A DNA stretch of 64,000 nucleotides, taken from NCBI GenBank assembly GCA_037310415.1, contig CP147780.1, positions 672,001 to 736,000 on the forward strand. The letters are read 5' to 3'. The number at the start of each line of letters is the position of its first letter. The stretch's first letter is position 1. Below are positions 28,473 to 38,881 of the stretch, in pieces. Made by a program: the position numbers and the translations under genes. This DNA comes from Candidatus Atabeyarchaeum deiterrae. GTDB lineage: Archaea > Asgardarchaeota > Atabeyarchaeia > Atabeyarchaeales > Atabeyarchaeaceae. A model generated the notes under the pieces. It worked only from the letters and a program-made list of their open reading frames with translations, had not been told where the DNA came from and ran no database searches.

Positions 28473-29564
28473 TTGTTTGGGTCAGTTCATTTGATGCGAT
28501 CAGGATTGATGCCGAAGATGGATGGTCAACAGAGTAAACTTGTATTCTTGTTGCTAGGGAATTACTCCACATTGCCCTATTCAGAGTGTATAAGCGTACT
28601 GGAGAGTAACAAGATCGGCTTCAAGGAAATCAAGAGACTTGACCAAGTTCTGATCCTTTCTGCGCCGGCGCAGGCTTCTCAAGTTGTTGTCAGACAGGCG
28701 GGAATGGTCAGACGAAGTTGCATCTTGTTAGCCGAGTCCCCCAGCCTTCCGCACAGCTTATTCCAGGCTGTGGACAGTGTGGATTTGAACCAGATTCTGA
28801 GACCAGAAACTTCTTTCGCCGTGAGAGTCAAAGGCGTGAAGGATTCATCAAAAGGTCTTAACATAAGTGAGCTAGAGAGGGAAATCGGAGGCAGGATAAA
28901 ACGGAGAAACAAGTGGACTCATGTTGACCTAGATAATCCGGATGTCCTTTTCTACGTCCTGATGACGGATAATAGAGCGCTTTTCTGCTTGAACATGTGT
29001 GAAGCTGAAGAGAAGGGGTTTACCCAGCGCAGACCATCATTTAGGCCATTTTTCCATCCTAGCTCAATGCATCCACGCCTAGCTAGGGCTATGGTGAATT
29101 TGTCTGGAGCAAAGTTCGGTAGCAGATTTGCCGACCCGTTATGCGGCTCAGGCGGGATTTTGATGGAAGCTGGAGTGATAGGATGCCATATAGTTGGAAT
29201 AGACATAGATCTCCGAATGGCAAAAGGTTCGAAGAAAAACTTGGATGCATTTGGGTTGCCTTTGACTAACATCTGTGTTGGCGACGCTCGACATATGCCG
29301 ATCATGGAAATTGACGCAGTGGCGACAGATCCGCCTTACGGGAGATCCTCTTCGACTAAAGGTGATCAAACTTCCAAATTGGTAGAAGAGTTTCTAAGAG
29401 AGATCACTTGGTTGCTCAGAGCAGGTAGCAAAGTGTGTCTTGCAACTCCCTCCTCCGTCGATATTGATGCACTCGTCCCACGTGAGCTCACACTAACCGA
29501 AAAGTACTCATTGAGAGTTCACAGGAGTCTTACCAGAATCATGGCTCTATTTGTAAGAAAGTGA
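28473..29564 (+). CDS. trm11: tRNA (guanine-10-N2) methyltransferase, THUMP plus MTase
   Basis: THUMP domain (FAVRV..VDLDNPD), RPFFHP..ARAMVNL, DPLCGSGG, DPPYG, VHRSLTR. Confidence 0.9.
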   Translation: MFGSVHLMRSGLMPKMDGQQSKLVFLLLGNYSTLPYSECISVLESNKIGFKEIKRLDQVLILSAPAQASQVVVRQAGMVRRSCILLAESPSLPHSLFQAVDSVDLNQILRPETSFAVRVKGVKDSSKGLNISELEREIGGRIKRRNKWTHVDLDNPDVLFYVLMTDNRALFCLNMCEAEEKGFTQRRPSFRPFFHPSSMHPRLARAMVNLSGAKFGSRFADPLCGSGGILMEAGVIGCHIVGIDIDLRMAKGSKKNLDAFGLPLTNICVGDARHMPIMEIDAVATDPPYGRSSSTKGDQTSKLVEEFLREITWLLRAGSKVCLATPSSVDIDALVPRELTLTEKYSLRVHRSLTRIMALFVRK

Positions 29565-29575
29565 TTTCTCGAGAG

Positions 29576-30499
29576 CTATGGCGCCCTGCCAGGGAGAACT
29601 TGGATTTCGGTCAGGTCTGCTGCAATGATTGTGTTCATGAAGATCCTCTGAGCTTGTTCCAGCAGAATTCTAGTGTCCTTGTACCTGTTTGAAATATGTG
29701 TTAAGACAAGAAGTCTAGCGTTTGCCTCCCTAGCCGTCTGTGCCGCTTGGCTAGCTGTGGAATGTCCATACTCCATGGCCTTTTCTGATAGACTGTCGTC
29801 ATATGTTGAGTCATGTATCAGGACGTCGGCGTCTGAACTGAGAGATACTAGATCCTTGCTCGGTCTTGTGTCTCCCGAGTATACTATTTTTCTTCCTCTG
29901 CGTCTGGGTCCGAGAACCATTTCAGAGGAAATGATAATTCCATTTTTCTGCTTTACGGACCCGCCGAGTTGAAGCCTCTTCCATAGAGGTCCCTCTGGAA
30001 CTCCAAGTCGTTTCGCTTTTTCGGGAAAAAACTCTCCAGGTCTGGATTTCTCCTGGAATGAGTAGCCAAACGAAGGGATATTATCGTGGTCTGTCTTGCA
30101 GACTTGAACCATGTATTGTTCGTTCTCAAGTATCTTCCCTTGTTCAAGAATCTCGTAGATAGTAACCTCAAAGCTAAGTCCGAATTGAAGTGTTTCTCTA
30201 AGAGCCTCGATGAATCTCTTGATTCCGGGAGGACCAAATATCTGCATTGGCTTGCTCCTTCTGGAGAGGGAGAGGGTTTGAAGTAACCCACCTAGACCCA
30301 AGACATGATCCCCATGAAGATGTGTGATGAATATCTTCGACAGCTTTCCATATCTTGTTTTGGAGAAGGCAAGTTGTCGTTGTGTTCCTTCCCCACAGTC
30401 AAAGAATAGTAACTCACCACCAAGCTTCAAGACTATTGAAGGAGATCCTCTTTCCACGGTAGGCACACTTCCGCCAGTTCCAAGAAAGAGAATTCTCAA
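29576..30499 (-). CDS. rnz: Ribonuclease Z
   Basis: FLGTGG..P, DCGEGTQ, THLHGDH, GP exosite, SGDT, HST, THIS.RY. TTG start after GGAGG. Confidence 0.96.
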   Translation of the reverse strand: MRILFLGTGGSVPTVERGSPSIVLKLGGELLFFDCGEGTQRQLAFSKTRYGKLSKIFITHLHGDHVLGLGGLLQTLSLSRRSKPMQIFGPPGIKRFIEALRETLQFGLSFEVTIYEILEQGKILENEQYMVQVCKTDHDNIPSFGYSFQEKSRPGEFFPEKAKRLGVPEGPLWKRLQLGGSVKQKNGIIISSEMVLGPRRRGRKIVYSGDTRPSKDLVSLSSDADVLIHDSTYDDSLSEKAMEYGHSTASQAAQTAREANARLLVLTHISNRYKDTRILLEQAQRIFMNTIIAADLTEIQVLPGRAP

Positions 30500-30549
30500 G
30501 GCAATTCCTCCCCAGTTGCAGGAGTCCTTCCGCAAAGAGATTGTCTCGT

Positions 30550-30939
30550 TTACAATGAGATATAGTCAATCACTGATTTCACGTCATCCGACTCTATTTC
30601 GACTGTTATTGGCCCCAGAGGAGATTCGTTTTTTGTTTCACAGAAGTGAGCAACTCCCATAAAGGCAGCTTGTTTATTGAGATAGAACCTCATTCTATTC
30701 TCTTCAACCACGGACTTAGATAATGCCTGTCTGACGAAACTGGAAATACCCTGATCTTTTAGATGTCTCTTTATCTGCGACAAAGAATCCAGACCTTCGG
30801 AGACTCCCACGAAGTACTTCACTCCCTCCTCGATTTTCTCGCTGAAATTCAGTCCGAAAATTATGTTAGACAGTGCTCTTCTAACTTTCTCGGGATTTTC
30901 AGTCGGATAGACTGGAACCTCAACCTGTACTCTAATCAT
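30550..30939 (-). CDS. DUF54/UPF0201 RNA-binding-fold protein
   Basis: VYPTENPEKV, LNKQAAF, SPLGPI. Confidence 0.88.
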   Translation of the reverse strand: MIRVQVEVPVYPTENPEKVRRALSNIIFGLNFSEKIEEGVKYFVGVSEGLDSLSQIKRHLKDQGISSFVRQALSKSVVEENRMRFYLNKQAAFMGVAHFCETKNESPLGPITVEIESDDVKSVIDYISL

Positions 30940-31495
30940 CTGCAGCCACCTTTAGTAGTGTTCTTCTCATGTTCTCTCTGAATTCTGACTGGGACCCTTC
31001 ATTGGATACAACGACGTCGGCAAGCGCGATTACTTCCCCAATGCCGATATCAAGCTCGAGTCTGTCTCGATTGTAAGAATCCTTCCAAGTGTCTGGATCA
31101 TCTGTCCTTCGCCGTTCCTTCAGTCTATCATAGCGGGTCTTCGGAGATGAATGAACTGCAATGACATTCATATTAGGAAACTCTCTGCGGAAAACCTTGA
31201 CTTCATCTAAGCTCCTGAGGCCGTCGACAACTACGATCTTTCTCGAGCGAAATGAGCGGATCAGAGGGATACATCTCTCGGCCACAACATTTTTCCCATG
31301 TTTTTCCCTCAGGCAAACCATCATTGACCTGAGAGTCTCAGGCCCAATAGCTTGGCCTGAACCAGCTACCTCCTGTCTAATGATGTCACCCATGACAACC
31401 ACTGGTATGCCCATGGATCTTGCGACATCAGCCGCATCCGATTTTCCGGAACCAGGCATGCCAACAATTCCGATGACTTTCATTAATCCCATCAT
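30932..31495 (-). CDS. Nucleotide-kinase-fold protein (dephospho-CoA kinase-like, UPF0200)
   Basis: GMPGSGKS, MGDIIR, DGLRS..E, RDRLEL..GIG. Confidence 0.85.
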   Translation of the reverse strand: MMGLMKVIGIVGMPGSGKSDAADVARSMGIPVVVMGDIIRQEVAGSGQAIGPETLRSMMVCLREKHGKNVVAERCIPLIRSFRSRKIVVVDGLRSLDEVKVFRREFPNMNVIAVHSSPKTRYDRLKERRRTDDPDTWKDSYNRDRLELDIGIGEVIALADVVVSNEGSQSEFRENMRRTLLKVAADD

Positions 31496-31567
31496 TCTCC
31501 GGAGAACGAAGTTAAGTTTACGTTTAGCCTGCTGATCGTGGGAAGGTGTCAGCGGTCATCTTCCCAA

Positions 31568-32698
31568 TTAGGTGAACAAATGCGAGGGTGCCGCACGATT
31601 TGGAGTCTTCCTCATCTTGTCAAGGGATTCACTGAGAAGATCATTATCTATGACCTTTGCATCTCGAAGCATAGCAAGGTGGAGGGCGCTCTTGATCAGT
31701 TTCTCTTTAATATCGCGCCCAGACATGCCATCTAGTTCGAAAGCGAACTTCTGGAGGTCTGCTTTCATCGGAAGAGGTAACCTGCTGGCATACTGATTAA
31801 GCATTCTTATTCGTTCCTCTAGTGTAGGTAACTTGAATTCTATTTCCTCCTCAAATCTGCTCCGAACTGCAACGTCAAGAAACATCGGGGCGTTGGTCGC
31901 GCCTATTGTCACTACACCGGTGTTTGGTCTCAGTCCATCCATTTCGGCGAGGAATGCATTCACAACTTCCGAGACGTCTCCCCTTATCGACTGATACTTC
32001 CTGTCAAGACCAATAGCGTCCAATTCATCAATGAATATTATTGAGGGCGCAGAGTTTGAAGCTTCCGCATAAAGATCGTGGACTCTCTTGGCACCTTCCC
32101 CAACGAATGTGCCAATGAGTTCAGTTGCTTTGGATAGGTAGATCGGAACACTACTTTCGTTTGCTAGTGCCAATGCAGTCATGGTTTTTCCTGTTCCAGG
32201 CGGGCCGTAGAAGAGGATGTTTCGTGGACCCCAGTCTCCAAATTTCTCCGGAGACTCAAGATATTTCTGTATTATCTCACATTTCTCCTTTGCCGTTTCG
32301 TTGCCAATTATGTCGCCGAATGTGACATTCGTCTTTAGGTTCAAGGTGCTTCTCTGTGTGTTCTCCAGTACGATTTTAGTTGTTGAGGTTATGCATGTAT
32401 CTTCAGGTACAACATCGACAACTTCAAAAGCGAAATTAGGGAAAGTCTCTTGGTCGAAGAGGAATTCGCCCTTCTTTATTCTCTGCCCGCGCCATTGATC
32501 TGCGGCATATGCTTGGAAAAGGAGAGGATTGTCGGTTGTTATCCTGAGGGGCTTATCATCACCTGGTGTGCGTAAAGGGAAGCCTGCCGCGCGAAGCACA
32601 ACCATTTCAGCAGGAACTAGGACAGATTCATCTCTCTCAATTTCCTCAACGATTGACTCATCGTGATCAACTGAAATCCTCTTACTTCGCTTGGGCAT
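31568..32698 (-). CDS. Archaeal AAA+ ATPase (COG1223-like)
   Basis: YA.DQW.G N-domain; GPPGTGKT, FIDELD, ATN, SRFEEEIEF. Confidence 0.9.
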   Translation of the reverse strand: MPKRSKRISVDHDESIVEEIERDESVLVPAEMVVLRAAGFPLRTPGDDKPLRITTDNPLLFQAYAADQWRGQRIKKGEFLFDQETFPNFAFEVVDVVPEDTCITSTTKIVLENTQRSTLNLKTNVTFGDIIGNETAKEKCEIIQKYLESPEKFGDWGPRNILFYGPPGTGKTMTALALANESSVPIYLSKATELIGTFVGEGAKRVHDLYAEASNSAPSIIFIDELDAIGLDRKYQSIRGDVSEVVNAFLAEMDGLRPNTGVVTIGATNAPMFLDVAVRSRFEEEIEFKLPTLEERIRMLNQYASRLPLPMKADLQKFAFELDGMSGRDIKEKLIKSALHLAMLRDAKVIDNDLLSESLDKMRKTPNRAAPSHLFT

Positions 32699-32918
32699 GT
32701 TACTTGCTTCACCTAAGTCTTCTATATCATACGTGACCGAGAAGGAGAAATGAACTCACAGTGTGTGGTTTTCAGGTAACCGATTAAATAAACACATATA
32801 TTAAACATTTTGTCTACTCACTTAGTGTAGTATTTCTCCCTGCGTTCACGTCATGTTTTAGGGGAGCTTGTACCAGATAAAAATCTTTGGTCAAATCGCA
32901 TAGGAGAAGAGAGAAGAG

Positions 32919-33482
32919 TTGGACAGCGTAAGGGCGTTCATAGCAGTAGAGCTGGATCCTCGACTCCTTCCCAAGGTTATCGAACTGCAAAGAGAAATCT
33001 TGTCTGTGGGCGCAGACGTCAAGGCAGTTGAACCTGAGAACATCCATTTCACATTGAAGTTTCTCGGGGAGGTGCAGCAACCAACAATAAACAAAGTCAC
33101 TGACTCTATGAATAAACTTGATTTCAATTCATTCGTGATCGACGTGTCGGGGGTGGGATGCTTTCCGACTATCGGCAACCCCCGTGTAATATGGATTGGT
33201 GTTTCTACCGGACTAAACGATTTTTCCCGGATTGCAAAGCAACTGGACAATTACCTGAGTGAAATCGGGTTCAAATCGGAGGGTGAGCGATTTACGGCCC
33301 ACTTGACCATCGGACGCGTCAGGAGTGGACTTAACAAGGCGGCCTTGGTCAAGAAGGTCGGCGACATGCTGAACGCTGAGGTTGGAAGAATGACCGTGGG
33401 TGCTGTTAAGCTCAAGAAGAGCGTTCTGACTCCTAGAGGACCGATTTACTCAACCCTACACGAGGTTAAGGCAGAGGAATGA
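32919..33482 (+). CDS. thpR: RNA 2',3'-cyclic phosphodiesterase (2H family)
   Basis: RAFIAV, HFTLKFLG, HLTIGR, S.LTP.GPIY. Confidence 0.95.
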   Translation: MDSVRAFIAVELDPRLLPKVIELQREILSVGADVKAVEPENIHFTLKFLGEVQQPTINKVTDSMNKLDFNSFVIDVSGVGCFPTIGNPRVIWIGVSTGLNDFSRIAKQLDNYLSEIGFKSEGERFTAHLTIGRVRSGLNKAALVKKVGDMLNAEVGRMTVGAVKLKKSVLTPRGPIYSTLHEVKAEE

Positions 33483-33504
33483 TGCTGAATGGATCAGGAT
33501 CTAA

Positions 33505-34920
33505 ATGACACCAAAGGTTGAAGAAGTCTGTAAAGAGATACTGGGGAGAATAAAACCAACTGAAGATGAGAAGAGACGTGTCTCGAGCGTGGTGTCTAAG
33601 GTCATCGATGAACTCACTAAAATGATCAAGAGCTTGGGAATCGACGCCATGGCAGAGCTTCAAGGATCTATAGCTCATAAGACTTGGGTATCTAATGAGC
33701 GAGATATTGACATCTTCATTCTGTTCTCGACCAACTACGCTTTAGATGAAATCAAGAGGGTTGGGTTAGAACTCGGTAAAGAAGTATCACATGGGAAATG
33801 GAGAGAGCGGTATGCCGAGCACCCATTTATAGAAGCAACCATTGACGATTACAGAGTGGACATAGTGCCGTGCTACAAGATTTCAGAATACTCAGAGCGA
33901 ATAACAGCAGTTGATAGAACACCGCTTCATACTGAATACCTTTCCGAACGAATCGGGGAAAAGAACAAGGACGAGATCATACTATTGAAGTCGTTCATGA
34001 AGGGCATTGGTGTTTATGGCGCTGAACTGAAAGTAAGGGGCTTTTCAGGGTATCTGTGTGAGCTGCTAACTCTGTATTACGGGTCGTTTGAGGGAGTTCT
34101 GAGAGGCGCATTGCGATGGAAAACACAGGAAGTGATCGACATTGCTGAACACTACGCAGAGGAGGAAACCGTGGTGACTGTCTTCAAAGAGCCACTCATA
34201 ATCATCGATCCTGTCGACCCCACCAGAAATGTGGCAGCAGCCGTCTCGTCTGATCGGATCGCCGATCTCAAAGCCGCAGCCAGAGCCTTCATTCAGGATC
34301 CGTCTCCAAGATTCTTTAGACCGCCAGAGGTAATGCCCCTTTCAACAAAAGAAATCGAACGTCTAATAGTGACAAGAAAGACGGATACATTGTTCATCCA
34401 GTTTCCTTGCCACAAGATATCGCCTGACATATTGTGGGGTGAGTTAGGAAAATCGGCGAAGACACTCAAGAGAATAATGGAGCTACATGACTTCACAGTA
34501 ATAGGCTATGACGCATGGTCAGATGAAGACTCAGTTGCTGTCATAGTTCTCGAACTCACATCAGTTAATCTCCCATCGATCGCGATTCATGAAGGACCAT
34601 TCGCAGGGCACCCAAGCCAGGAGAGATTCCTTGAAAAGCACCTCCGTAACGTGAGAAAAGTAGCAGGACCTTGGATTAAGGATGGAAAATGGCAAGTGGA
34701 ACTAGAAAGAGAACATGCTAATGCTAAGCATCTCATTGAAACGAAACTAACTGGAGAAAACCTTTCCGAGTTAGGTCTTTCAAGAGACATAGCTGAGTGG
34801 ATAAAAGAAGGAATCAAAGTAACCCTTAATGAAGAAATACTACCTCTCTATTCATCAAATGCAGCATTCCGAAGATTTTTGACGAAGTACTACACAAAGC
34901 GACCAGATTGGCTCTTTTAG
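33505..34920 (+). CDS. cca: CCA-adding enzyme (class I)
   Basis: GS.A..TW...DIDIF, YAEHP, DIVPCY, AVDRTPLH, GFSGYLCELL, DPVD..RNVAAA. Confidence 0.97.
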   Translation: MTPKVEEVCKEILGRIKPTEDEKRRVSSVVSKVIDELTKMIKSLGIDAMAELQGSIAHKTWVSNERDIDIFILFSTNYALDEIKRVGLELGKEVSHGKWRERYAEHPFIEATIDDYRVDIVPCYKISEYSERITAVDRTPLHTEYLSERIGEKNKDEIILLKSFMKGIGVYGAELKVRGFSGYLCELLTLYYGSFEGVLRGALRWKTQEVIDIAEHYAEEETVVTVFKEPLIIIDPVDPTRNVAAAVSSDRIADLKAAARAFIQDPSPRFFRPPEVMPLSTKEIERLIVTRKTDTLFIQFPCHKISPDILWGELGKSAKTLKRIMELHDFTVIGYDAWSDEDSVAVIVLELTSVNLPSIAIHEGPFAGHPSQERFLEKHLRNVRKVAGPWIKDGKWQVELEREHANAKHLIETKLTGENLSELGLSRDIAEWIKEGIKVTLNEEILPLYSSNAAFRRFLTKYYTKRPDWLF

Positions 34921-34942
34921 AAAGTATGAGGAGAGTACCATT

Positions 34943-36112
34943 CTATACTCGACTCAAAGCAAGGGCACCCTTCGGGCAGACTTCAATGCAGATTAGACAT
35001 CGGACACAGTGCTGATTGCCTATTATGGGGATTCCACGTTGAAGCTTAATGTTATTCATCTTACAGGCTTTGACACACACGCCACATTCATCGCAATCCC
35101 CAGTGAGAAGAATCGAACCGACCTTAGTCGTTCTCAAATCTTTCTCGACTGAATGCAGAGGCTGAACACCTGGACCAAACAGTTGCTTTACTAGCGGGTG
35201 AACCAAAGGATTCAGAAATTTCGAGGTCCAGATCGGATTCAAAACGCGGAACACTCTGCTGAGAAAACTCTGGTGCAACAAGATGGGGCGGATTGAATCC
35301 CCAGTCACAGTAATATCTAGTGCTTCGCCAAGCCCTCTTTCATAAGCTAGTTTGGTTAGCTGGACATCCAAGGGATCCAAACCAGCGATCCTCTCGGCGA
35401 CAGAGTCCACCGCTACAATGTCTCTTCCAGCAATTAACATGTCGAGCTTTACTGGCTTTCCCTCTGTGGGTCCATAGTAAGGACCAGAGGGGCGAACCGA
35501 CTCAGACCCTATAGTCCCGTCGACAAGACCAAACGCGACTTTTTCCTTAAAGACCTGAAGGAGATCGACAACAGGCTCATGCAAGCCAAGCACATGAATT
35601 CTGGTCCGCTGATCCTGCCAAGTCAATCCTTTCAGGTTCTTGATGCACAGAGTCATGCCAGTAAAGAAATGTGGCTTGAAGACAGGTACTGATACTATCT
35701 TATCGACAGTCAAAGCCGTCTTAGCCACTTTCACCTTGTTCAGAACCTTTGCGCCAGGAATATGAATAGTCACAGCATCATCCTTGGAGAAATCGACAAA
35801 CTCGCCGCCAGCGCGAGCCACTCCTTCTCTAATACCCACTGCGCGATAAGTTTCCTCGGGATCCCATCCAGAAATCGGTAGATCACCTACAAGCGGCTTC
35901 CCTCCAGCCTCCTTAACCAATTTGATCAGGGAAGACACAACATTCACATTCGTAACTAGCCCACTGCCAGAGGGCTTAGCACAGCTCATATTCGGTTTGA
36001 TCAATACCCTTTCGCCAGAGCTGATTCCGATCCCGCCGGCAAGATCAACTACTCTACGAACTGACTTGTCTATTCCATCAGTTGTCCGAACTGTTGCAAC
36101 CAAAGAAGCCAT
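34943..36112 (-). CDS. DUF362-domain Fe-S protein with C-terminal 2x[4Fe-4S] ferredoxin
   Basis: VLIKPN, K.H...T..IKNL.G, GP..G, VAVD; CDECGVCVKAC and CVRCLICIEVCP. Start at ATG after GGAGG. Confidence 0.87.
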   Translation of the reverse strand: MASLVATVRTTDGIDKSVRRVVDLAGGIGISSGERVLIKPNMSCAKPSGSGLVTNVNVVSSLIKLVKEAGGKPLVGDLPISGWDPEETYRAVGIREGVARAGGEFVDFSKDDAVTIHIPGAKVLNKVKVAKTALTVDKIVSVPVFKPHFFTGMTLCIKNLKGLTWQDQRTRIHVLGLHEPVVDLLQVFKEKVAFGLVDGTIGSESVRPSGPYYGPTEGKPVKLDMLIAGRDIVAVDSVAERIAGLDPLDVQLTKLAYERGLGEALDITVTGDSIRPILLHQSFLSRVFRVLNPIWTSKFLNPLVHPLVKQLFGPGVQPLHSVEKDLRTTKVGSILLTGDCDECGVCVKACKMNNIKLQRGIPIIGNQHCVRCLICIEVCPKGALALSRV

Positions 36113-36342
36113 AACAGGAGCCTCCCAATTGGACTCTAACGACGCAAGGCTACAACTCAATCTGAATATCAGCAGAGCATTTAGGATGTCAAATATCATT
36201 ACACTTGGTATTAAACTCCTACTGTTGCATTGAATACATTAAGGCATTAAAAAGACTCAAGTGAGCGTGTTTTTGGTAAGATTCGACTCGAGGAATAAAT
36301 TAAATAAGGAAATCGAGAAATCTTAGAAAAGTAGTCATGTTG

Positions 36343-36469
36343 GGGGCCGTCGTCCAGTTTGGTCAGGATGCCTGCCTGGGGTGAAATGAAGTCCCAGAGC
36401 GCAGGTGCATAAGACGAGCCAAGAACTCGATTAGCCTAATCGCCGGTTCAAATCCGGCCGGTCCCACCA
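36343..36469 (+). tRNA. tRNA-Pro(GGG), two introns (36382-36399 at 37/38; about 36409-36439 in the variable region), CCA encoded
   Basis: GGGGCCG/CGGTCCC acceptor, CCTGC/GCAGG stem, CT-GGG-G^..^C. BHBs [CTGG]GG^T/[CCAG]AG^C and [AGGT]GC^A/[GCCT]AA^T. Confidence 0.9.
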
Positions 36470-36506
36470 CTTATTGATTCATCCATTCTCGCAGAGCTGC
36501 TTTGTG

Positions 36507-37718
36507 ATGAGGAAGAAGGACCGCTTATTCTATTACGCGGATGACGACGAGATCAAGAAAGCTGATACTGCAGATATCTATCTATTTAGAACGAAGGAAA
36601 TTCTTGAGCGAAGGGAATTAGCACAGAGAAAGGTTGTTGTCGAGGTGAGTACTAGGAGACTCCCTGGGGGAATACCTTGGGGAATATTATGTGGTGCCGG
36701 CGAGGTTGCCAGACTTCTTGAAGGTCTCCCCATCAACGTCTATTGTATGCGGGAAGGAACCTTGTTTCACGCTAGGGGCTACCATGGGATCAGAGCTCCC
36801 GTAATGGTGGTTGAGGGTGAGTTCTCAAAGTTCGTATTATACGACACCTCTATACTGGACTTGGTTTGCCAATCTTCGGGCATTGCCACGAGAACTGCTA
36901 GGTTGCGCAAGATCATAGGGCGGGACAAGTCTCTCCTGAGCTTTGGGATAAGGAGGATGCATCCAGCTATTGCTCCACTTATAGACTATGCTGTCTACAT
37001 AGGAACTGCGGATGGGGTGAGTGGCGTTGCTGGAGCAAGACTAATCGGAATCGAACCATCTGGGACCATACCCCATACTCTGATTCTCTTGTTCTACGAT
37101 GCTTTTGGTAGTCAAGTTGAAGCTTGGAAAGCTTTCGATGAAATCATGCCGCCTGATGTTCCAAGGGTTGCACTTTGCGATACTTTGTATGACGAAAAGA
37201 TTGAGTCCTTAATGGCAGCTGAGGCTCTTGGGAAACGACTATCGATGGTTCGGCTAGATACAATAGGGAGCCGTAGGGGGAATATGCCTGATATTGTCAG
37301 GGAGGTACGTCGCGAACTAGACATAAGAGGACACAACCATGTCAAAATAATGGTTTCAGGGGGGTTGAACGAGGAGTCTGTCAAGGAACTAGCTGGTCTT
37401 GCAGACGGTTTCGGCATTGGGACCCACATAAGTAACTCACCTACGGTAGACTTTTCCTTTGACATCGTGGAGATTGAAGGCAAACCTACTGCTAAGCGCG
37501 GAAAAGTTTCGGGAAAGAAACAGGTGTTTAGATGCATGGTTTGCTACGTCGATCTAGCTGCTTCCTTCCAAGAAACACCGACATGTCCGATATGTGAAGG
37601 GAAAATGGAGCCGTGGTTAATGCCCTTGATAAAAGACGGAAAGATCGTAAGTAAGTCATCAAGTCTGCTGGATACACAGAGATACGTATTCAAGCAACTG
37701 GAAAAAGCTGCCCTGTAG
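36507..37718 (+). CDS. pncB: Nicotinate phosphoribosyltransferase
   Basis: SFGIRRMHP, GTIPH, VRLDT.GSRRG, VSGGL, AKRGK. Confidence 0.92.
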   Translation: MRKKDRLFYYADDDEIKKADTADIYLFRTKEILERRELAQRKVVVEVSTRRLPGGIPWGILCGAGEVARLLEGLPINVYCMREGTLFHARGYHGIRAPVMVVEGEFSKFVLYDTSILDLVCQSSGIATRTARLRKIIGRDKSLLSFGIRRMHPAIAPLIDYAVYIGTADGVSGVAGARLIGIEPSGTIPHTLILLFYDAFGSQVEAWKAFDEIMPPDVPRVALCDTLYDEKIESLMAAEALGKRLSMVRLDTIGSRRGNMPDIVREVRRELDIRGHNHVKIMVSGGLNEESVKELAGLADGFGIGTHISNSPTVDFSFDIVEIEGKPTAKRGKVSGKKQVFRCMVCYVDLAASFQETPTCPICEGKMEPWLMPLIKDGKIVSKSSSLLDTQRYVFKQLEKAAL

Positions 37719-37753
37719 GCGTCGTCTTTTCTTAGACTGTGACAGGGAACTGG

Positions 37754-38839
37754 TTATGACAAGTTCCAGTAGTTCGACTGGATTCTCTTGACTTCTCTTA
37801 TCAATCTTTCAACGTAGTCTTTAACCCGTTCGTCAGAGTTCGGTTGCGGATCTTTCACGTCGATATTGACTCGGCTCATTTGGGAAAGGACGCTTAAGAT
37901 GCACCTCGGTAGTGCTTCGAGGCTATAGCCGCCCTCCAGTGTAACGATGAGTTTTCCTCCTGATAGTTCGTCTGCTAGTTGGATGGCAGTTCTCACTATC
38001 TCTCCATAAGTCGCGGCCGTCAGTGACAGGGACGATATTGGATCCAAATTATGCCCATCGAAGCCATTTGAGACTAGTATTATCTGGGGCTTGTATTGTC
38101 GGGCTATTGGGACAGCTATTTCTCGTAAAACCTTGAGGTACGATTCGTGCCCTGTTAGCGGTGGTAGAGGCACGTTGACTTTGTATCCCTCTCCTTCTCC
38201 TTCCCCCACTTCATCTTGAAAACCTGTTCCAGGATACAGTGTTCTGCCGTCTTGGTGGAGGCTGATGTACAAAACATATCTCTTGTCGTAGAAAATATCC
38301 TGTGTTCCGTTTCCATGGTGGCAATCACAGTCCAAAATCAATATTCTGTCATACTTCTTCTCTTGGTGCAACTGCTCGGCTAAGATCGCAATATTGTTGA
38401 AGAAGCAGAACCCCCGTGCTAGGGTTGCGTTTGCGTGATGCCCTGGAGGTCTGATCATTGCGTATGCATTCTTAGCGTCTCCATTGATCACCTTTTCTCC
38501 AGCTAAGAGAATGCCTTCGACCGCGAGCAACGCAGCTTCATATGTCCCTGGGGATGCTGGTGTGTCTGGATCCGCATACGCACTAGTGGTTGAGATCTTC
38601 TTCACAAACTCCATGTGAGATCTTGGGTGGATTCTCAAGATTGCTTTTTCGGAATCACCCATTGATGGCTGGAAAACCTTCATATTTTTCTCCTGTTTTG
38701 ATAGGTCACTCTCTTGAATTGCTTTCATCATGACTTCGAGACGGCGTCGCGTCTCGGGATGACCAGATCCCGTATCGTGATTCAGATACTTTGGGTGGTA
38801 GATTAGAGCAGTGATAGTCTTCTGAGACATGACAATCAT
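37754..38839 (-). CDS. Histone deacetylase/AcuC-family deacetylase
   Basis: HPE..RL, RPPGHHA, GFCFFNN, DCHHGNGTQ, LEGGY. Confidence 0.93.
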   Translation of the reverse strand: MIVMSQKTITALIYHPKYLNHDTGSGHPETRRRLEVMMKAIQESDLSKQEKNMKVFQPSMGDSEKAILRIHPRSHMEFVKKISTTSAYADPDTPASPGTYEAALLAVEGILLAGEKVINGDAKNAYAMIRPPGHHANATLARGFCFFNNIAILAEQLHQEKKYDRILILDCDCHHGNGTQDIFYDKRYVLYISLHQDGRTLYPGTGFQDEVGEGEGEGYKVNVPLPPLTGHESYLKVLREIAVPIARQYKPQIILVSNGFDGHNLDPISSLSLTAATYGEIVRTAIQLADELSGGKLIVTLEGGYSLEALPRCILSVLSQMSRVNIDVKDPQPNSDERVKDYVERLIREVKRIQSNYWNLS

Positions 38840-38881
38840 CTTGAGTGACTTATTGATCTGATAACTAATTGTCTAGCGGTT

